From Gaiellaceae bacterium (GTDB lineage: Bacteria; Actinomycetota; Thermoleophilia; Gaiellales; Gaiellaceae): DNA of 64,000 nt. The position numbers and the translations under genes are program-made. Numbering within the stretch: the stretch's first letter is position 1; every line of letters begins with the position of its first letter. The notes below the pieces were generated by a model. That model saw nothing but the letters and a program-made list of their open reading frames with translations, searched no databases and was not told the DNA's origin. Of this stretch, positions 44,894 to 54,977 are shown one piece after another. The DNA lies in the NCBI GenBank assembly GCA_035713675.1, contig DASSZE010000071.1, positions 20,463-84,462 of the forward strand, written 5' to 3'.

Positions 44894-45743
44894 CGGCGGT
44901 CTCCTCCGGCGGCCGGTCGGCCGCGACGATAACGACCCCGTCGAGGCGGCGCAGCCACTTGCGCTGGTAGGCGGCGTAACGGCGCGTGCGCGCGATCACC
45001 GCCCCGACCGCTTCCTCGCGCGGCAGACTCGCGACCTCGTGCAGGCCGATGATCGCCGCCGCGGTCTGGGACGGCTTCGCCGCGTAGGCGCGGCGGACCT
45101 CGTCCTCGATGCCGCGCTCGAACATGCGCCGCGTCCGCTCGGCGATCCGCCGCTCGAGCTCGGGCTTCGGCACGTCGAGCGCGACCACCAGGGTCGGGTG
45201 CCGCCACGAGCCGCCGAAGAGCCGCTCCCGCTGCGGCACGAGCGAGCTCCCCGCCTCGGCCAGCTCGAGCGCACGTACGACGCGGCGCCGGTCGTTCGGA
45301 TGCAGCCGGGCTGCCGCGTCCCAGTCGAGCTCGGCGAGCCTCGTGTGCGCCGCCTCCGCGCCCGCGTCGTCGTAGAGCCGCTCCCAGCGCTCCCGAGCGC
45401 CCGGCAGCGGCGGCGGAGGCAGCTCGAGCTCCGCGAGCGCGGCGCGGAAGTAGAGGCCGGTCCCGCCGACGACCAGAGGCGTTCGGCCCGCGGCGAGGAT
45501 CTCGTCGACCGCCGCGTGCGCGAGCGGCGCGTACTCCCCCACCGAGGCCGTATGCGAGAGCGGCCAGATCCCGACGAGCCGTTCCGGATACGGCGAGCGG
45601 TTCGTGAGGATCGGCAGCCCGTCGTAGACCTGCATCGCGTCGGCGGAGACGACCTCGGCCGGGATCAGCGCGGTGACTGCCGCCGCGACGTCGGACTTGC
45701 CGCTCGCGGTCGGCCCGAAGAGGCCGATGACGAGGTCAACCAC
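44844..45743 (-). CDS. miaA: tRNA dimethylallyltransferase
   Basis: P-loop GPTASGKS and ..GGTGLYF... Confidence 0.95.
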   Translation of the reverse strand: MVDLVIGLFGPTASGKSDVAAAVTALIPAEVVSADAMQVYDGLPILTNRSPYPERLVGIWPLSHTASVGEYAPLAHAAVDEILAAGRTPLVVGGTGLYFRAALAELELPPPPLPGARERWERLYDDAGAEAAHTRLAELDWDAAARLHPNDRRRVVRALELAEAGSSLVPQRERLFGGSWRHPTLVVALDVPKPELERRIAERTRRMFERGIEDEVRRAYAAKPSQTAAAIIGLHEVASLPREEAVGAVIARTRRYAAYQRKWLRRLDGVVIVAADRPPEETAAEIVALARTRERLSRP

Positions 45744-46509
45744 GGAGCCGAGCGCGCACGAGCTCGAGCTCCTCGTCCGTGACGCCGGCGTCGTGGAGAT
45801 ACGCCTCCACCCCGCCGTAGCGCCGCTCGAGCTCGGCGAAGACGCCGGTCATCGAGGCCGCGGGCGTCTGCGCGATCCGCCGCAGGCGCTCGAGCTCCTC
45901 GTCGCTCTCGGCCGCCGCGAACCACGCTTCGTGCCGTGGGCGCAGTCGCTCCTCGCTGAGCGCGTAGTCGGAGGCGATCTCCTCGTCGTCCACGCCCGCC
46001 AGATGGAGCAGGAACGCCGAGAGGAGCCCCGTCCGGTCCTTCCCGCCGACGCAGTGGATGACGACGCCGCCCTCGGGCGCGTTCGCGACGGCTCTCACCG
46101 CTGCTGCGACGTTCTGCCGGAAGCGCTCGAGGAAGATGAGATAGACGTCCCGCGTCGCGGTGGGCGCGTCGGGGGCCGCCCGCGCCGCCGAGTCGAGCTC
46201 GGCAGCGATCTCGTGCCATTCGGCGTCGGTGGCCTCGAAGAACGGCACGTGCACGACCTCGACGGGCAGCTCCGCCGGCGGGTCCTCGGCGCGCTCGTCG
46301 TGGCCGCGGAGGTCGACGACGGTGCGGATGCCGTGAGCGACGAGCGCGTGCCAGCCCTCGTCGCTCAGCTGGCGGACGCTGTCCGCCCGCACGACGGCGC
46401 CGAGCCGTGTCTCTCCACCGTCGCGGGTCGTGAGCCCGCCGAGCTCGCGGACGTTGAGACAGCCGTCCCAGACGAGATCTCTAGGCTGCAGCTGCGGCAA
46501 GGAGGGCAC
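45736..46509 (-). CDS. protein tyrosine/serine phosphatase (Y_phosphatase3-like)
   Basis: ..NVRELGG.. and the catalytic loop HCVGGKDRTG. GTG 46509 (or TTG 46500) was chosen. The rest of the 421-aa track ORF is out-of-frame overlap with miaB. Confidence 0.8.
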   Translation of the reverse strand: MPSLPQLQPRDLVWDGCLNVRELGGLTTRDGGETRLGAVVRADSVRQLSDEGWHALVAHGIRTVVDLRGHDERAEDPPAELPVEVVHVPFFEATDAEWHEIAAELDSAARAAPDAPTATRDVYLIFLERFRQNVAAAVRAVANAPEGGVVIHCVGGKDRTGLLSAFLLHLAGVDDEEIASDYALSEERLRPRHEAWFAAAESDEELERLRRIAQTPAASMTGVFAELERRYGGVEAYLHDAGVTDEELELVRARLRG

Positions 46510-47797
46510 CGGACAGCGTCGTCGAGGTCGCTGCGGCGATCTCGACCGCCACGAGCTCGCCGGGAGCGGCGTCGCCGCTGAAGTTGACGGTCGTGTTCCG
46601 CCGCGTGCGGCCGCGCAGGAGGTCCGGCTCCGTCCGGCTGGGGCCCTCGACGAGCACCTCCTCGACCATGCCGACGCGTCGGGCGTTGCGCTCTGCGGCG
46701 ACGCGCTGCACGACCTCGACGAGACGCTCGATCCGCTCGCGTTTCGTCTCGTCCGGAACCTGGTCGGCCATCGCGGCCGCCTCGGTGCCGGCGCGCGGCG
46801 AGTAGACGAAGGTGAAGGCGCCGTCGAAGCCGACCTCCTCCACGACCTCGATCGTCTCGCGGAAGTCGTCCTCGGTCTCGCCCGGGAACCCGACGATGAT
46901 GTCGGTCGTGAGCGCGAGGTCGGGGATGCCCGCGCGCAGCTCTCCGACGAGCCGGAGGTAGCGCTCGCGCGAGTACGTGCGGCGCATGGCCTTGAGGACA
47001 CGGCTCGCGCCGGACTGGAGGGGAAGGTGCGCGTGCTCGCATACGGCGTTGCACTCGGCCATCGCGGCTATCACGTCGCGGCGGAAGTCCTTCGGGTGCG
47101 GGCTCGTGAAGCGGATGCGCTCGATGCCCGGAACCGAGTCGACGGCGCGCAGGAGCTCGGCGAAGCTCGAGCCGACGTCGCGCCCGTACGAGTTGACGTT
47201 CTGGCCGAGCAGCGTGACCTCGCGCACGCCCTCGTCGGCGAGCCGCTGGACCTCGGCCAGGATCTCACCCGGGCGGCGGGAGGTCTCCCGCCCTCGAACC
47301 GCCGGGACGATGCAGTAGGAGCAGACGGAGTTGCAGCCCATCGAGACCTGAACCCAGGCCTGGAAGCGGCGCTCGCGGTGCGTCGGGAGCTTCGCCGCGA
47401 AGGCGCGCTCGTCGGCGGTGCCGAACGACCCGCGCTCGACTCCCTCACCTCCGGCGCCGAGCCAGTCGCCGAGATGCGCGATCGTGCCGGGACCGAAGGC
47501 GACGTCGACGTCGGGATAGAGCTCGAACAGCCGCTCTCGCTGCGCTTCGGCGTAGCAGCCCCCGACGGCGATCACGGTGCCGGGCCGGTCGCGCTTCTGC
47601 TTCGCCGCGTTGCCCATGTGGGCTGCGAAGCGCGTGTCGGGCTTCTCGCGGATGGTGCACGTGTTGAGAACCAGCACGTCCGCCTCGCCCGGCGCGGCCG
47701 CCTCGCCGAGGCCGAGCTCCTCGAGCAGCCCCTTGATCCGCTCCGAATCGTGGGCGTTCATCTGGCACCCGAACGTCGTGACGTGGTAGCGCTTCAC
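46481..47797 (-). CDS. miaB: tRNA-i6A37 methylthiotransferase
   Basis: UPF0004 N-domain, radical-SAM CNSVCSYC, and a TRAM C-terminus. Confidence 0.96.
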   Translation of the reverse strand: MKRYHVTTFGCQMNAHDSERIKGLLEELGLGEAAAPGEADVLVLNTCTIREKPDTRFAAHMGNAAKQKRDRPGTVIAVGGCYAEAQRERLFELYPDVDVAFGPGTIAHLGDWLGAGGEGVERGSFGTADERAFAAKLPTHRERRFQAWVQVSMGCNSVCSYCIVPAVRGRETSRRPGEILAEVQRLADEGVREVTLLGQNVNSYGRDVGSSFAELLRAVDSVPGIERIRFTSPHPKDFRRDVIAAMAECNAVCEHAHLPLQSGASRVLKAMRRTYSRERYLRLVGELRAGIPDLALTTDIIVGFPGETEDDFRETIEVVEEVGFDGAFTFVYSPRAGTEAAAMADQVPDETKRERIERLVEVVQRVAAERNARRVGMVEEVLVEGPSRTEPDLLRGRTRRNTTVNFSGDAAPGELVAVEIAAATSTTLSGALLAAAAA

Positions 47798-47821
47798 GGC
47801 GCGTAGGGTAGCCCGGCCGCT

Positions 47822-49420
47822 CTAGGCGGCCTGGATGGGCGAATCGGCTTCGGGCCTGGGCTCGGGCTGCGGCGCCGGCGCTGCGGCGTGGTTCTTGGCG
47901 ACCTCCACCGACCGGCTCTCGCGGATCACCGTCACCTTGACCTGGCCCGGGTACTCGAGCCGATCCTCGATCTCGCGGGCGATCTGGTGGGCCAGAAGCG
48001 CCGCCTCGTCGTCGTCCACGTCGCCGGGGCTCACGATCACCCTGATCTCGCGGCCGGCCTGCAGCGCGTAGACCTTCTCGACACCCGGCTTGGAAGCCGC
48101 GAGCTCCTCGAGGGCCTCGAGGCGCTTGATGTACTGCTCTAGGCTCTCGCCGCGGGCACCGGGACGGCTCGCGGAGACGGCGTCCGCCGCGATCAGGAGG
48201 ACGGCCTCCACCGTCTGCGGCTGCACCTCGTAGTGGTGTGCCTCGATGGCGTGGACGACGCCCTGCGACTCGCCGTAGCGCCGGGCGAGCTGCGCGGAGA
48301 TGAGCGCGTGGGAGCCCTCCACCTCGTGCGTCATCGCCTTGCCGATGTCGTGGAGCATGGCCGCACGCTTCGCCGTCTGGACGCTCGCCCCGAGCTCGGT
48401 GGCCATGATCCCGGCCAGATGGACGACCTCGAGCGTGTGCTTGAGGACGTTCTGGCCGTAGCTCGTGCGGAAGCGGAGCCGGCCGAGGATCCCGACGAGC
48501 TCTTCGTGGAACGGCCCGCAGTTCGCCTCGAAGACGGCTTGCTCCCCGGCCTGGCGGACGATCTCCTCGACCTCGGCCTTCGACTCGTAGTAGGTCTCCT
48601 CGATCCGGGCAGGGTGGATCCGGCCGTCCTCGAGGAGCTTCACGACGGTGAGGCGGGCGATCTCTCGGCGCAGGCCGTCGAACGAAGAGAGCACGACGGC
48701 GTGCGGCGTGTCGTCGACGATGAAGTCGACCCCGGTGAGGTGCTCGAGCGCGCGGATGTTACGACCCTCGCGGCCGATGATCCGACCCTTCATGTCGTCG
48801 GACGGGAGCTCGACCACGGTCACCGTGGTCTCTGCGGTGTGGCTCGCGGCCACTCGCTGCAGCGCGTCGGCCACGAGGTTCCGCGCGCGGCGCTTCGACT
48901 CCGCGCGGGCCTCCTCCTCGAGCGTCCGGACGCGGCGGGCCAGCTCGTGCCGCGCCTGCTCCTCGCCGCGCTCGAGGAGGAGGGCTCGTGCCTCGGCCTG
49001 CGTCAGCGCCGCGACGCGCTCGAGCTCGGCGAGCTGAGAGCTCTTCGCCTCCTTGAGCTCGTCCTGGAGATTCCGGACGTGCTCCTCACGGTCGGCCAGG
49101 CCCTGGTCGCGCCGCGACAGCTCCTCGAGCTTGCGCTCGATCTCGAGCTCCTTCGCGAGAACGCGCTCCTCGATCTTCAGCACCTGCGCGCGCCGATCGG
49201 TGAGCTCGGAGTCGATCTCGCTCCGCAGCCGGACGGCCTGCTCGCGCGCCTCGACCTGTGCCTCACGACGCACCGCCTCCGCCTCGCGCTGGGCATCCTC
49301 GAGTAGCTGGTCGCGAATCCGGCGGGCCTTGCTCACGCCGGTCGTGCCGAAGACGGACACCGCGAGCAGGGCAAGCCCGACACCTGCTGCGAGCCCGATG
49401 GCGATTCCGATTCCGATCAC
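47822..49420 (-). CDS. rny: ribonuclease Y
   Basis: N-terminal TM, coiled coil, KH domain (..GRIIGREGRNIR..), HD domain (..LHDIGKA..). Confidence 0.96.
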   Translation of the reverse strand: MIGIGIAIGLAAGVGLALLAVSVFGTTGVSKARRIRDQLLEDAQREAEAVRREAQVEAREQAVRLRSEIDSELTDRRAQVLKIEERVLAKELEIERKLEELSRRDQGLADREEHVRNLQDELKEAKSSQLAELERVAALTQAEARALLLERGEEQARHELARRVRTLEEEARAESKRRARNLVADALQRVAASHTAETTVTVVELPSDDMKGRIIGREGRNIRALEHLTGVDFIVDDTPHAVVLSSFDGLRREIARLTVVKLLEDGRIHPARIEETYYESKAEVEEIVRQAGEQAVFEANCGPFHEELVGILGRLRFRTSYGQNVLKHTLEVVHLAGIMATELGASVQTAKRAAMLHDIGKAMTHEVEGSHALISAQLARRYGESQGVVHAIEAHHYEVQPQTVEAVLLIAADAVSASRPGARGESLEQYIKRLEALEELAASKPGVEKVYALQAGREIRVIVSPGDVDDDEAALLAHQIAREIEDRLEYPGQVKVTVIRESRSVEVAKNHAAAPAPQPEPRPEADSPIQAA

Positions 49421-49665
49421 GTGCCAGGCTCCTCGTTCGATGGCCAGCCGCCGGCGGCGGCACGTTCCATAAGGCGCCGGGCCCGTCCGGCAGCCATCCG
49501 AGAAGCCTCACTCCGGCGCTTGTGGACACACCGGAGGGTCGTCGCGCTATCTCTGGCGCGACCTCCGAGTCGTCGGACGAAGGGTGTCGGTCATCGGATG
49601 TGGTTTCGGAAAAGCTGCTTTTGCAGGCAAAACGTCAAATGGAATGCCTCCCGATCGTAGCGCTC

Positions 49666-50262
49666 TCAAGCTTCGTGCGCAAACGAGGAGGCGAGCGCGT
49701 CCAGCGTGTCGCGCGAGAAGCCGCGGCCGGCCAGACGCCGCAGGAGCTTCGGCGAGACGGCTCGGCCCTCGACCAGCGGCCCGATCCGAGCGAGCTCCGG
49801 CTCGAGACCGGCAACGGCCGCTTCGGCTGCCTCGGCCGGGATCAACCGCCGCCTCAGGTCGGCGCGGATCGCGGCATCGCCGTAGCCGCGGCGCGCGAGG
49901 AGCTCCGCCCGGCCTTCGGCCAAGCGAGCGTCGTCGAGAACTCCGGCGCGTTCGAGCGCCCCGACCGCCTCTTCCCGCGCGGACCCGGAGTGTCGAGCCC
50001 GCGACAACCGCTGCTCGAGCTCGCCCCGCGACCGTCCGCTCGCGGCGAGGAGGCGCGTCGCCTGTGCGAGAGCCCGCGCTCGACGTAGCTCCCGCGCGAG
50101 CTCGCGCGCCGTCGGCCGGTCGAGCGGCCGTCCGACGCCCAGCCCTGCACGGACGACAGCGTCCGCGGGCAGGACGCGCCAGGGACTCCCGTCGAGCTCG
50201 ACCGCGACGCAGCGGCCGCGCTTCTGCTCGCGCAGCCCCGTGACGGTCGGCGTCTGTGTCAT
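49666..50262 (-). CDS. recX: recombination regulator RecX
   Basis: 198 aa from the internal ATG 50262, overlapping the recA stop (ATGA). Repeated helical RecX pattern (..[13 protein letters not shown]..). Confidence 0.9.
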   Translation of the reverse strand: MTQTPTVTGLREQKRGRCVAVELDGSPWRVLPADAVVRAGLGVGRPLDRPTARELARELRRARALAQATRLLAASGRSRGELEQRLSRARHSGSAREEAVGALERAGVLDDARLAEGRAELLARRGYGDAAIRADLRRRLIPAEAAEAAVAGLEPELARIGPLVEGRAVSPKLLRRLAGRGFSRDTLDALASSFAHEA

Positions 50263-51350
50263 GCCTCGGCTTCGGCCGCCGCGAGCGCCTCCGCCGCCAC
50301 CTCTGCCTTGCCGTTCGAGCCTGCGGACTCCGTGTCGGCGGTCGGCAGCAGCCGCGCGGACGCGACCTGCTCGGAGCCGAGCTCCACCTGGATCTGCTGG
50401 AGGATCTGCTGCGTCACGTCGGGATGCTCGCGGAGGAACGCCGTGGCGTTCTGGCGCCCCTGGCCGAGTCGCTCGTCGCCGAAGCTGAAGTACGAGCCCG
50501 ACTTCGTGACGACCTTGCGGTCGAGCGCCGAGTCGAGGACGGTCCCCTCCCACGAGATGCCGGAGCCGTAGATGATGTCGAACTCCGCCTGCTTGAACGG
50601 CGGAGCGACCTTGTTCTTCACGACCTTGACGCGGACGCGGTTGCCGAACGCCTCGACACCCTCCTTCAGCGTCTCGATCCGGCGGATGTCGAGCCGCACG
50701 GACGAGTAGAACTTCAGCGCGCGGCCGCCCGGAGTCGTCTCGGGGTTCCCGAACATGACGCCGATCTTCTCGCGGAGCTGGTTCGTGAAGATGCAGATCG
50801 TGTCGGTGCGGTTGAGCGTGCCGGCGAGCTTGCGCAGCGCCTGGCTCATGAGCCGCGCCTGCAGGCCGACGTGGGAGTCGCCCATCTCGCCCTCGATCTC
50901 GGCCTTCGGCGTCAGCGCCGCGACCGAATCGACGGCGACGATGTCGAGCGCGCCGGAGCGGATGAGGAGCTCCGCGATCTCGAGCGCCTGCTCGCCCGTG
51001 TCGGGCTGCGAGACGAGAAGGTTGTCGATGTCGACGCCGATCCGCTTCGCATAGGTCGGATCCATCGCGTGCTCGGCGTCGATGAAGGCACAGATGCCAC
51101 CACGGCGCTGGGCCTCGGCGATCACGTGGTAGACGAGCGTCGTCTTGCCCGAGGACTCGGGGCCGAAGATCTCGACGATCCGCCCTCGTGGCAGGCCGCC
51201 GATCCCGAGCGCCAGGTCGAGGGCGAGCGAGCCGGTCGAGACGGCACCGACCGAGACCGCCGCCTGGTCGCTCATCTTCATCACCGAGCCCTTGCCGAAC
51301 TGCCGCTCGATTTGGCCGAGCGCCACGTCGAGTGCTTCGTGCTTGTCCAC
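50259..51350 (-). CDS. recA: recombinase A
   Basis: GPESSGKTT, ..IDAEHA.., ..[17 protein letters not shown]... GTG start with AGGAGG 7 nt upstream. Confidence 0.98.
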   Translation of the reverse strand: MDKHEALDVALGQIERQFGKGSVMKMSDQAAVSVGAVSTGSLALDLALGIGGLPRGRIVEIFGPESSGKTTLVYHVIAEAQRRGGICAFIDAEHAMDPTYAKRIGVDIDNLLVSQPDTGEQALEIAELLIRSGALDIVAVDSVAALTPKAEIEGEMGDSHVGLQARLMSQALRKLAGTLNRTDTICIFTNQLREKIGVMFGNPETTPGGRALKFYSSVRLDIRRIETLKEGVEAFGNRVRVKVVKNKVAPPFKQAEFDIIYGSGISWEGTVLDSALDRKVVTKSGSYFSFGDERLGQGRQNATAFLREHPDVTQQILQQIQVELGSEQVASARLLPTADTESAGSNGKAEVAAEALAAAEAEA

Positions 51351-51353
51351 CTC

Positions 51354-51905
51354 TCAGCCTCCTAGAGCGACAGATTCCAAGACTTCGTACCGCGCCCCGT
51401 CGGGGTGCAGCCGGGATAGGTAAGCAGCCGCGTCGGACGGAACGAACGTTCGCCCCGGCGGCGGCTGCGGGTGCCGCCGGGGACGCTCGCGCCAGCGCGC
51501 GACCGTGAGATGCGGCAGCCAGGGCCGCTGTTCGCGACGGTAGACACCGAGCCGTTCCAGCCGCTCCTGGAGATCGCCGGCGAGTTGCCCGGCATGGTCG
51601 CCGTCGTCCTCGAGCACGAGCATGCCGACGCTCCTCGTCTCGCGGTAGCGGGCCGGGGTAAGCCGGATCTCGCCTGCATCTGCGGCCGCCTCGCGCAACG
51701 CTCCGACGGTCGCGTCGAGCTCGCCGGCCGGCCGGTGGCCGAGGAAGGCGAGCGTGACGTGCAGCTGCTCGCGTGGGACGACACGCACGTTCGGCAGCTG
51801 CTCGTGCTGCCACCGCTCGATCTCCGCCAGGACGTCGCCGGGGATCCGCAGGGCGAGAAAGAGCCGGAGCCGTTCATCGCGGGCCACGCTACTGCGCGAA
51901 GTCAT
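51354..51905 (-). CDS. thpR: RNA 2',3'-cyclic phosphodiesterase (2H family, LigT/ThpR)
   Basis: Two H-x-T motifs (HVTLAFLG, HLTVAR). 183 aa from the internal ATG 51905, which overlaps the cinA stop. Confidence 0.88.
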   Translation of the reverse strand: MTSRSSVARDERLRLFLALRIPGDVLAEIERWQHEQLPNVRVVPREQLHVTLAFLGHRPAGELDATVGALREAAADAGEIRLTPARYRETRSVGMLVLEDDGDHAGQLAGDLQERLERLGVYRREQRPWLPHLTVARWRERPRRHPQPPPGRTFVPSDAAAYLSRLHPDGARYEVLESVALGG

Positions 51906-53182
51906 GCGACTTCGTCGCGACTTCCCGTCAGAAGCGCACGCAAGAGGTGGAGGGCGGTGACGGTCGCCCGCACGCGAATCTGCTCGCGCTCGCCTGGGAG
52001 GTCGAGCATGCGCGTGAGCGAGCCGTCGGGGCCGGCGGCGTGCAGATGGACGCGTCCGACCGGCTTCCCCGGCGTCCCACCACCCGGGCCGGCGATGCCG
52101 GTCACCGCGACCGCGACGTCGGCGCCGAGTCTCTCCCGCGCGCCTTCGGCCATCGCGGCCGCGACCTCGGCCGAGACCGCGCCGTGTGCCGCAAGCAGCT
52201 CCGCCGACACCCCGAGCTCCGAACGCTTCACCTCGTCCGAGTACGACACGACGCCGCCCACGAAGCTCGCGCTGGAGCCCGGAACGCTCGTGAGCCGCGC
52301 GGCGACCATCCCACCCGTGCAGGACTCCGCCGTCGCCAGCCGGAGCCCCTGGGCGGCCGCGAGCGAGAGCACGAGCTCCTCGACCCGCCGCTCGTCCCGC
52401 GCGAACAGCCACTCCGCGAGCGGCTCCACGAGCGCTCCCTCGAGCGCGTCGCCGCGCTCGTCCGCGCCCGGCTCGACGACGAGGTCGACGTGGATCTCGA
52501 ACTCGCGGGCGCAGATCGTCGCCTCGACGCCGTCGCCGTCGCCGCCCGCCTCCTCCAGCGCCCGCGCGACCGCCGACTCGCTGACGCCGAACAGCCGCAG
52601 CACGCGCCGTCCGGGCGCGCGCGTCCGCGTGAGCAGTTCCTGCATCGGCTCGCTCGCGACCGCGTTGGGCCAGAGCCGCCTCAGCTCGCTCGGCGGCCCC
52701 GGCAGGATCACGACCACGCACCCGGTCGGCGCGCACAGAACGAGGCCCGGCGCAGTGCCGGCGAGCCCGATGGAGACGGCGGAGACCGGCCGCGTCGCCT
52801 GCTTCGTCACGCCCGGGGCGAAGTCGGCGTACGGCCGCCGCAGCCGGTCCGCGACCGCGCGGGAGACCGACTCGATCTCGCGCTCGAGCTCCTCGTCCAC
52901 CGCCAGCTCGACCCCAGCCGCGCGCGCGACGAGCTCGACCGTGCGGTCGTCGTGGGTCGGCCCGAGCCCACCCGAGACGAGGCACGCGTCCGCCTCCAGC
53001 GCCTCGCGCAGCACGGCCTCGAGCTCCGCGGGCGCGTCGCCGACGATCGTGATCCGGGCCGGCTCTAGCCCGTGCTGCAACGCCTCGGCGGCGAGGAAGG
53101 GGCCGTTGCGGTCGGTGCGCTCGCCGCGGACGAGCTCGCTGCCGGTGACGACGACGACTGCCCGCGGCCGCGGGCCGCTCAC
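51902..53182 (-). CDS. cinA: CinA (MoCF-like domain + PncC NMN amidohydrolase domain)
   Basis: ..VSGGLGPTHDD.. and ..ATAESCTGG..GVVSYS... GTG 53182 overlaps the upstream stop (GTGA). Confidence 0.92.
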   Translation of the reverse strand: MSGPRPRAVVVVTGSELVRGERTDRNGPFLAAEALQHGLEPARITIVGDAPAELEAVLREALEADACLVSGGLGPTHDDRTVELVARAAGVELAVDEELEREIESVSRAVADRLRRPYADFAPGVTKQATRPVSAVSIGLAGTAPGLVLCAPTGCVVVILPGPPSELRRLWPNAVASEPMQELLTRTRAPGRRVLRLFGVSESAVARALEEAGGDGDGVEATICAREFEIHVDLVVEPGADERGDALEGALVEPLAEWLFARDERRVEELVLSLAAAQGLRLATAESCTGGMVAARLTSVPGSSASFVGGVVSYSDEVKRSELGVSAELLAAHGAVSAEVAAAMAEGARERLGADVAVAVTGIAGPGGGTPGKPVGRVHLHAAGPDGSLTRMLDLPGEREQIRVRATVTALHLLRALLTGSRDEVA

Positions 53183-53883
53183 CCGCGGAGGCGCGTCGTA
53201 CGCTGCGGAGTGACGAGGACGCGGAGGTTGTGCGCCCCCGGTAGCGCGACCGCCCGGCCCGCGAGCGTGACGCGCAGGCCGGCCGGACGGCGCACGAGCA
53301 GGTAGAAGCGGCTGCCGGCGAACTTGTCGATCTCCCCCGCGCCGACCGTTCCCTGCAGGACGATCTCGCCGGAGCGCGTGTTGCGGCGCACCTCGACGTA
53401 CGTGCCTCCCGCCGTGCCGCGCAGGACGAGCTGATGCGGCGCCGCGGCGCGATGCTGCTGCTGCTGCGTCTGTGTCCCGACGCCCGGGACGGGCGACGAC
53501 GAGCCGCCGTAGCGCCAGGCCACGAAGACCAGGACGGTCACCGTGACGATGCCCGCGAGGACGAGCAGGACGGCCCGCCGCTCGAGATGCCGGTCGCGCC
53601 TCGGCACACGCCGCCTCGCGGGAGGCGGGGGCAGCTCGTCGCGCCAGCTCGAGATGTTCCGGGACGCGTATTCCTCGACGTACACCTCGCCGTCGAGCCC
53701 GAGGTAGTCGGCATAGGTGCGCAGGAAGCCGCGCATGTAGGCGTCGCCCGGAATCGCGGTGAAGTCCTCCTCCTCGAGCGCGCGGATGTACTTCGCCCGG
53801 ATCTTCGTCGCAAGCTCGATCTCCGGGTAGCCGAGCCCCTGGCGCTCGCGCGCCGCCCGCAGGCTGTTGCCGATCTCGAACAC
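53179..53883 (-). CDS. RodZ-like HTH membrane protein
   Basis: N-terminal HTH (..IGNSLRAARERQGLGYPEIELATKIRAKYIRALE..), one TM, and a C-terminal DUF4115-like beta domain. Confidence 0.8.
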   Translation of the reverse strand: MFEIGNSLRAARERQGLGYPEIELATKIRAKYIRALEEEDFTAIPGDAYMRGFLRTYADYLGLDGEVYVEEYASRNISSWRDELPPPPARRRVPRRDRHLERRAVLLVLAGIVTVTVLVFVAWRYGGSSSPVPGVGTQTQQQQHRAAAPHQLVLRGTAGGTYVEVRRNTRSGEIVLQGTVGAGEIDKFAGSRFYLLVRRPAGLRVTLAGRAVALPGAHNLRVLVTPQRTTRLRG

Positions 53884-53898
53884 GCAGGGAGTCTAGAG

Positions 53899-54273
53899 CT
53901 AGTGCTCGAGCCGGAGCAGGAGCTCGTAGAGCCCCACGGCGATCGAGGCGGACAACGTGAAGCAGATGCCCGCCAGGGCGAGCCAGCGCGCGACACGGAT
54001 CGTGCCCGACCCGCCCATCCGCCCGAGCGTCCGCGCGATCGCGCCGCGGGCCCCGCGCGCGAACAGGAGCGAGACGACGGCGGCGCCGGCGGCGACCGGA
54101 ATCGCCCAGACCGCGTCGAGCAGCGCCGCGCCGGGGACTTTCCGCGTCAGCTCGATCCCCGCCGGGATGACGACGGCGGCCAGCACACCGAAGACGAGCG
54201 CGAGCCAGGCGCGATGGTTGGGACGCCGGCTCAGCCGCCGCGGCGGCGACAGGGTCTGGGTGCGGACGGCCAT
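53899..54273 (-). CDS. hypothetical 4-TM membrane protein
   Basis: 124 aa. The ATG shares 1 nt with the nrtR stop. Confidence 0.5.
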   Translation of the reverse strand: MAVRTQTLSPPRRLSRRPNHRAWLALVFGVLAAVVIPAGIELTRKVPGAALLDAVWAIPVAAGAAVVSLLFARGARGAIARTLGRMGGSGTIRVARWLALAGICFTLSASIAVGLYELLLRLEH

Positions 54274-54977
54274 CAGCGCTCCATTGTAGGCGGGCGCAGG
54301 ACGGCGAACTGGTCGGTGATCTCCAGCCCGCCGCTGCGGAAGCGGTAGATCGTAGCCGGGCGACCGCCGCCTCCCCCGTAGTGACGTCGCTCGCCCGTGT
54401 CCTCGAGCAGCCGGCGCCGAAGCAGCACGCGCTGGAGGTTCGTCGCACTCACCGGATGGCCCAGCGCGGCGGCGTAGAGGTCGCGCAGCTCGGCCAGGGT
54501 GAAGGCCGGAGGCGCGAGCGCAAAGCCGAGATTCGTGTACGAGAGCTTGCCGCGCAGCCGCTCACGAGCGCTGAGCAGGATCTCCTCGTGGTCGTACGCG
54601 AGCTCCGGGAGCTCGTCGAGAGGGTGCCAGCGCGTGTCCTCGGGCACGCTCGGATCCACCCCGCTCGGGACGAGCCCGAGAAACGCCGTCGCGAGCTCCC
54701 GGCGCGCGGGATTCCGGTGCGGGTCGCTGCGCGTCTCGAGCTGCTCGAGGTGTGAGACGTCCCGGACGTCGACCTTCTCCGCCAGCTGTCGCCGCATCGA
54801 CTCCTCGAGCGTCTCGTCCGGCGCGAGCAACCCGCCCGGCAGCGCCCAGCAGCCCGCGAACGGCTCCCGTGCCCGCTGCCACAGCAGCGCCTGGAGCTGT
54901 CCGTCCCGCACCTGGAGCACTGCCGCCAAGACCGCATGCGCCGCGGTTTTCGTCTGGGAGTCGTCAACCGTGTACAC
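54273..54977 (-). CDS. nrtR: Nudix-related transcriptional regulator of NAD metabolism
   Basis: Nudix fold with a degenerate box (..GGLLAPDETLEESMRRQLAEKV..) plus a C-terminal winged helix (..ATNLQRVLLRRRLLEDTGER..). Divergent from nadBCA. GTG start. Confidence 0.85.
   Translation of the reverse strand: MYTVDDSQTKTAAHAVLAAVLQVRDGQLQALLWQRAREPFAGCWALPGGLLAPDETLEESMRRQLAEKVDVRDVSHLEQLETRSDPHRNPARRELATAFLGLVPSGVDPSVPEDTRWHPLDELPELAYDHEEILLSARERLRGKLSYTNLGFALAPPAFTLAELRDLYAAALGHPVSATNLQRVLLRRRLLEDTGERRHYGGGGGRPATIYRFRSGGLEITDQFAVLRPPTMER

Noticed and set aside
51362-51877. 171-aa ORF in an alternative frame over thpR.
   Set aside because: The neighbouring frame (51354-51905) carries the two H-x-T motifs of 2H phosphoesterases and start/stop coupling to cinA. 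The alternative frame is Ser/Arg-rich and has no motifs.
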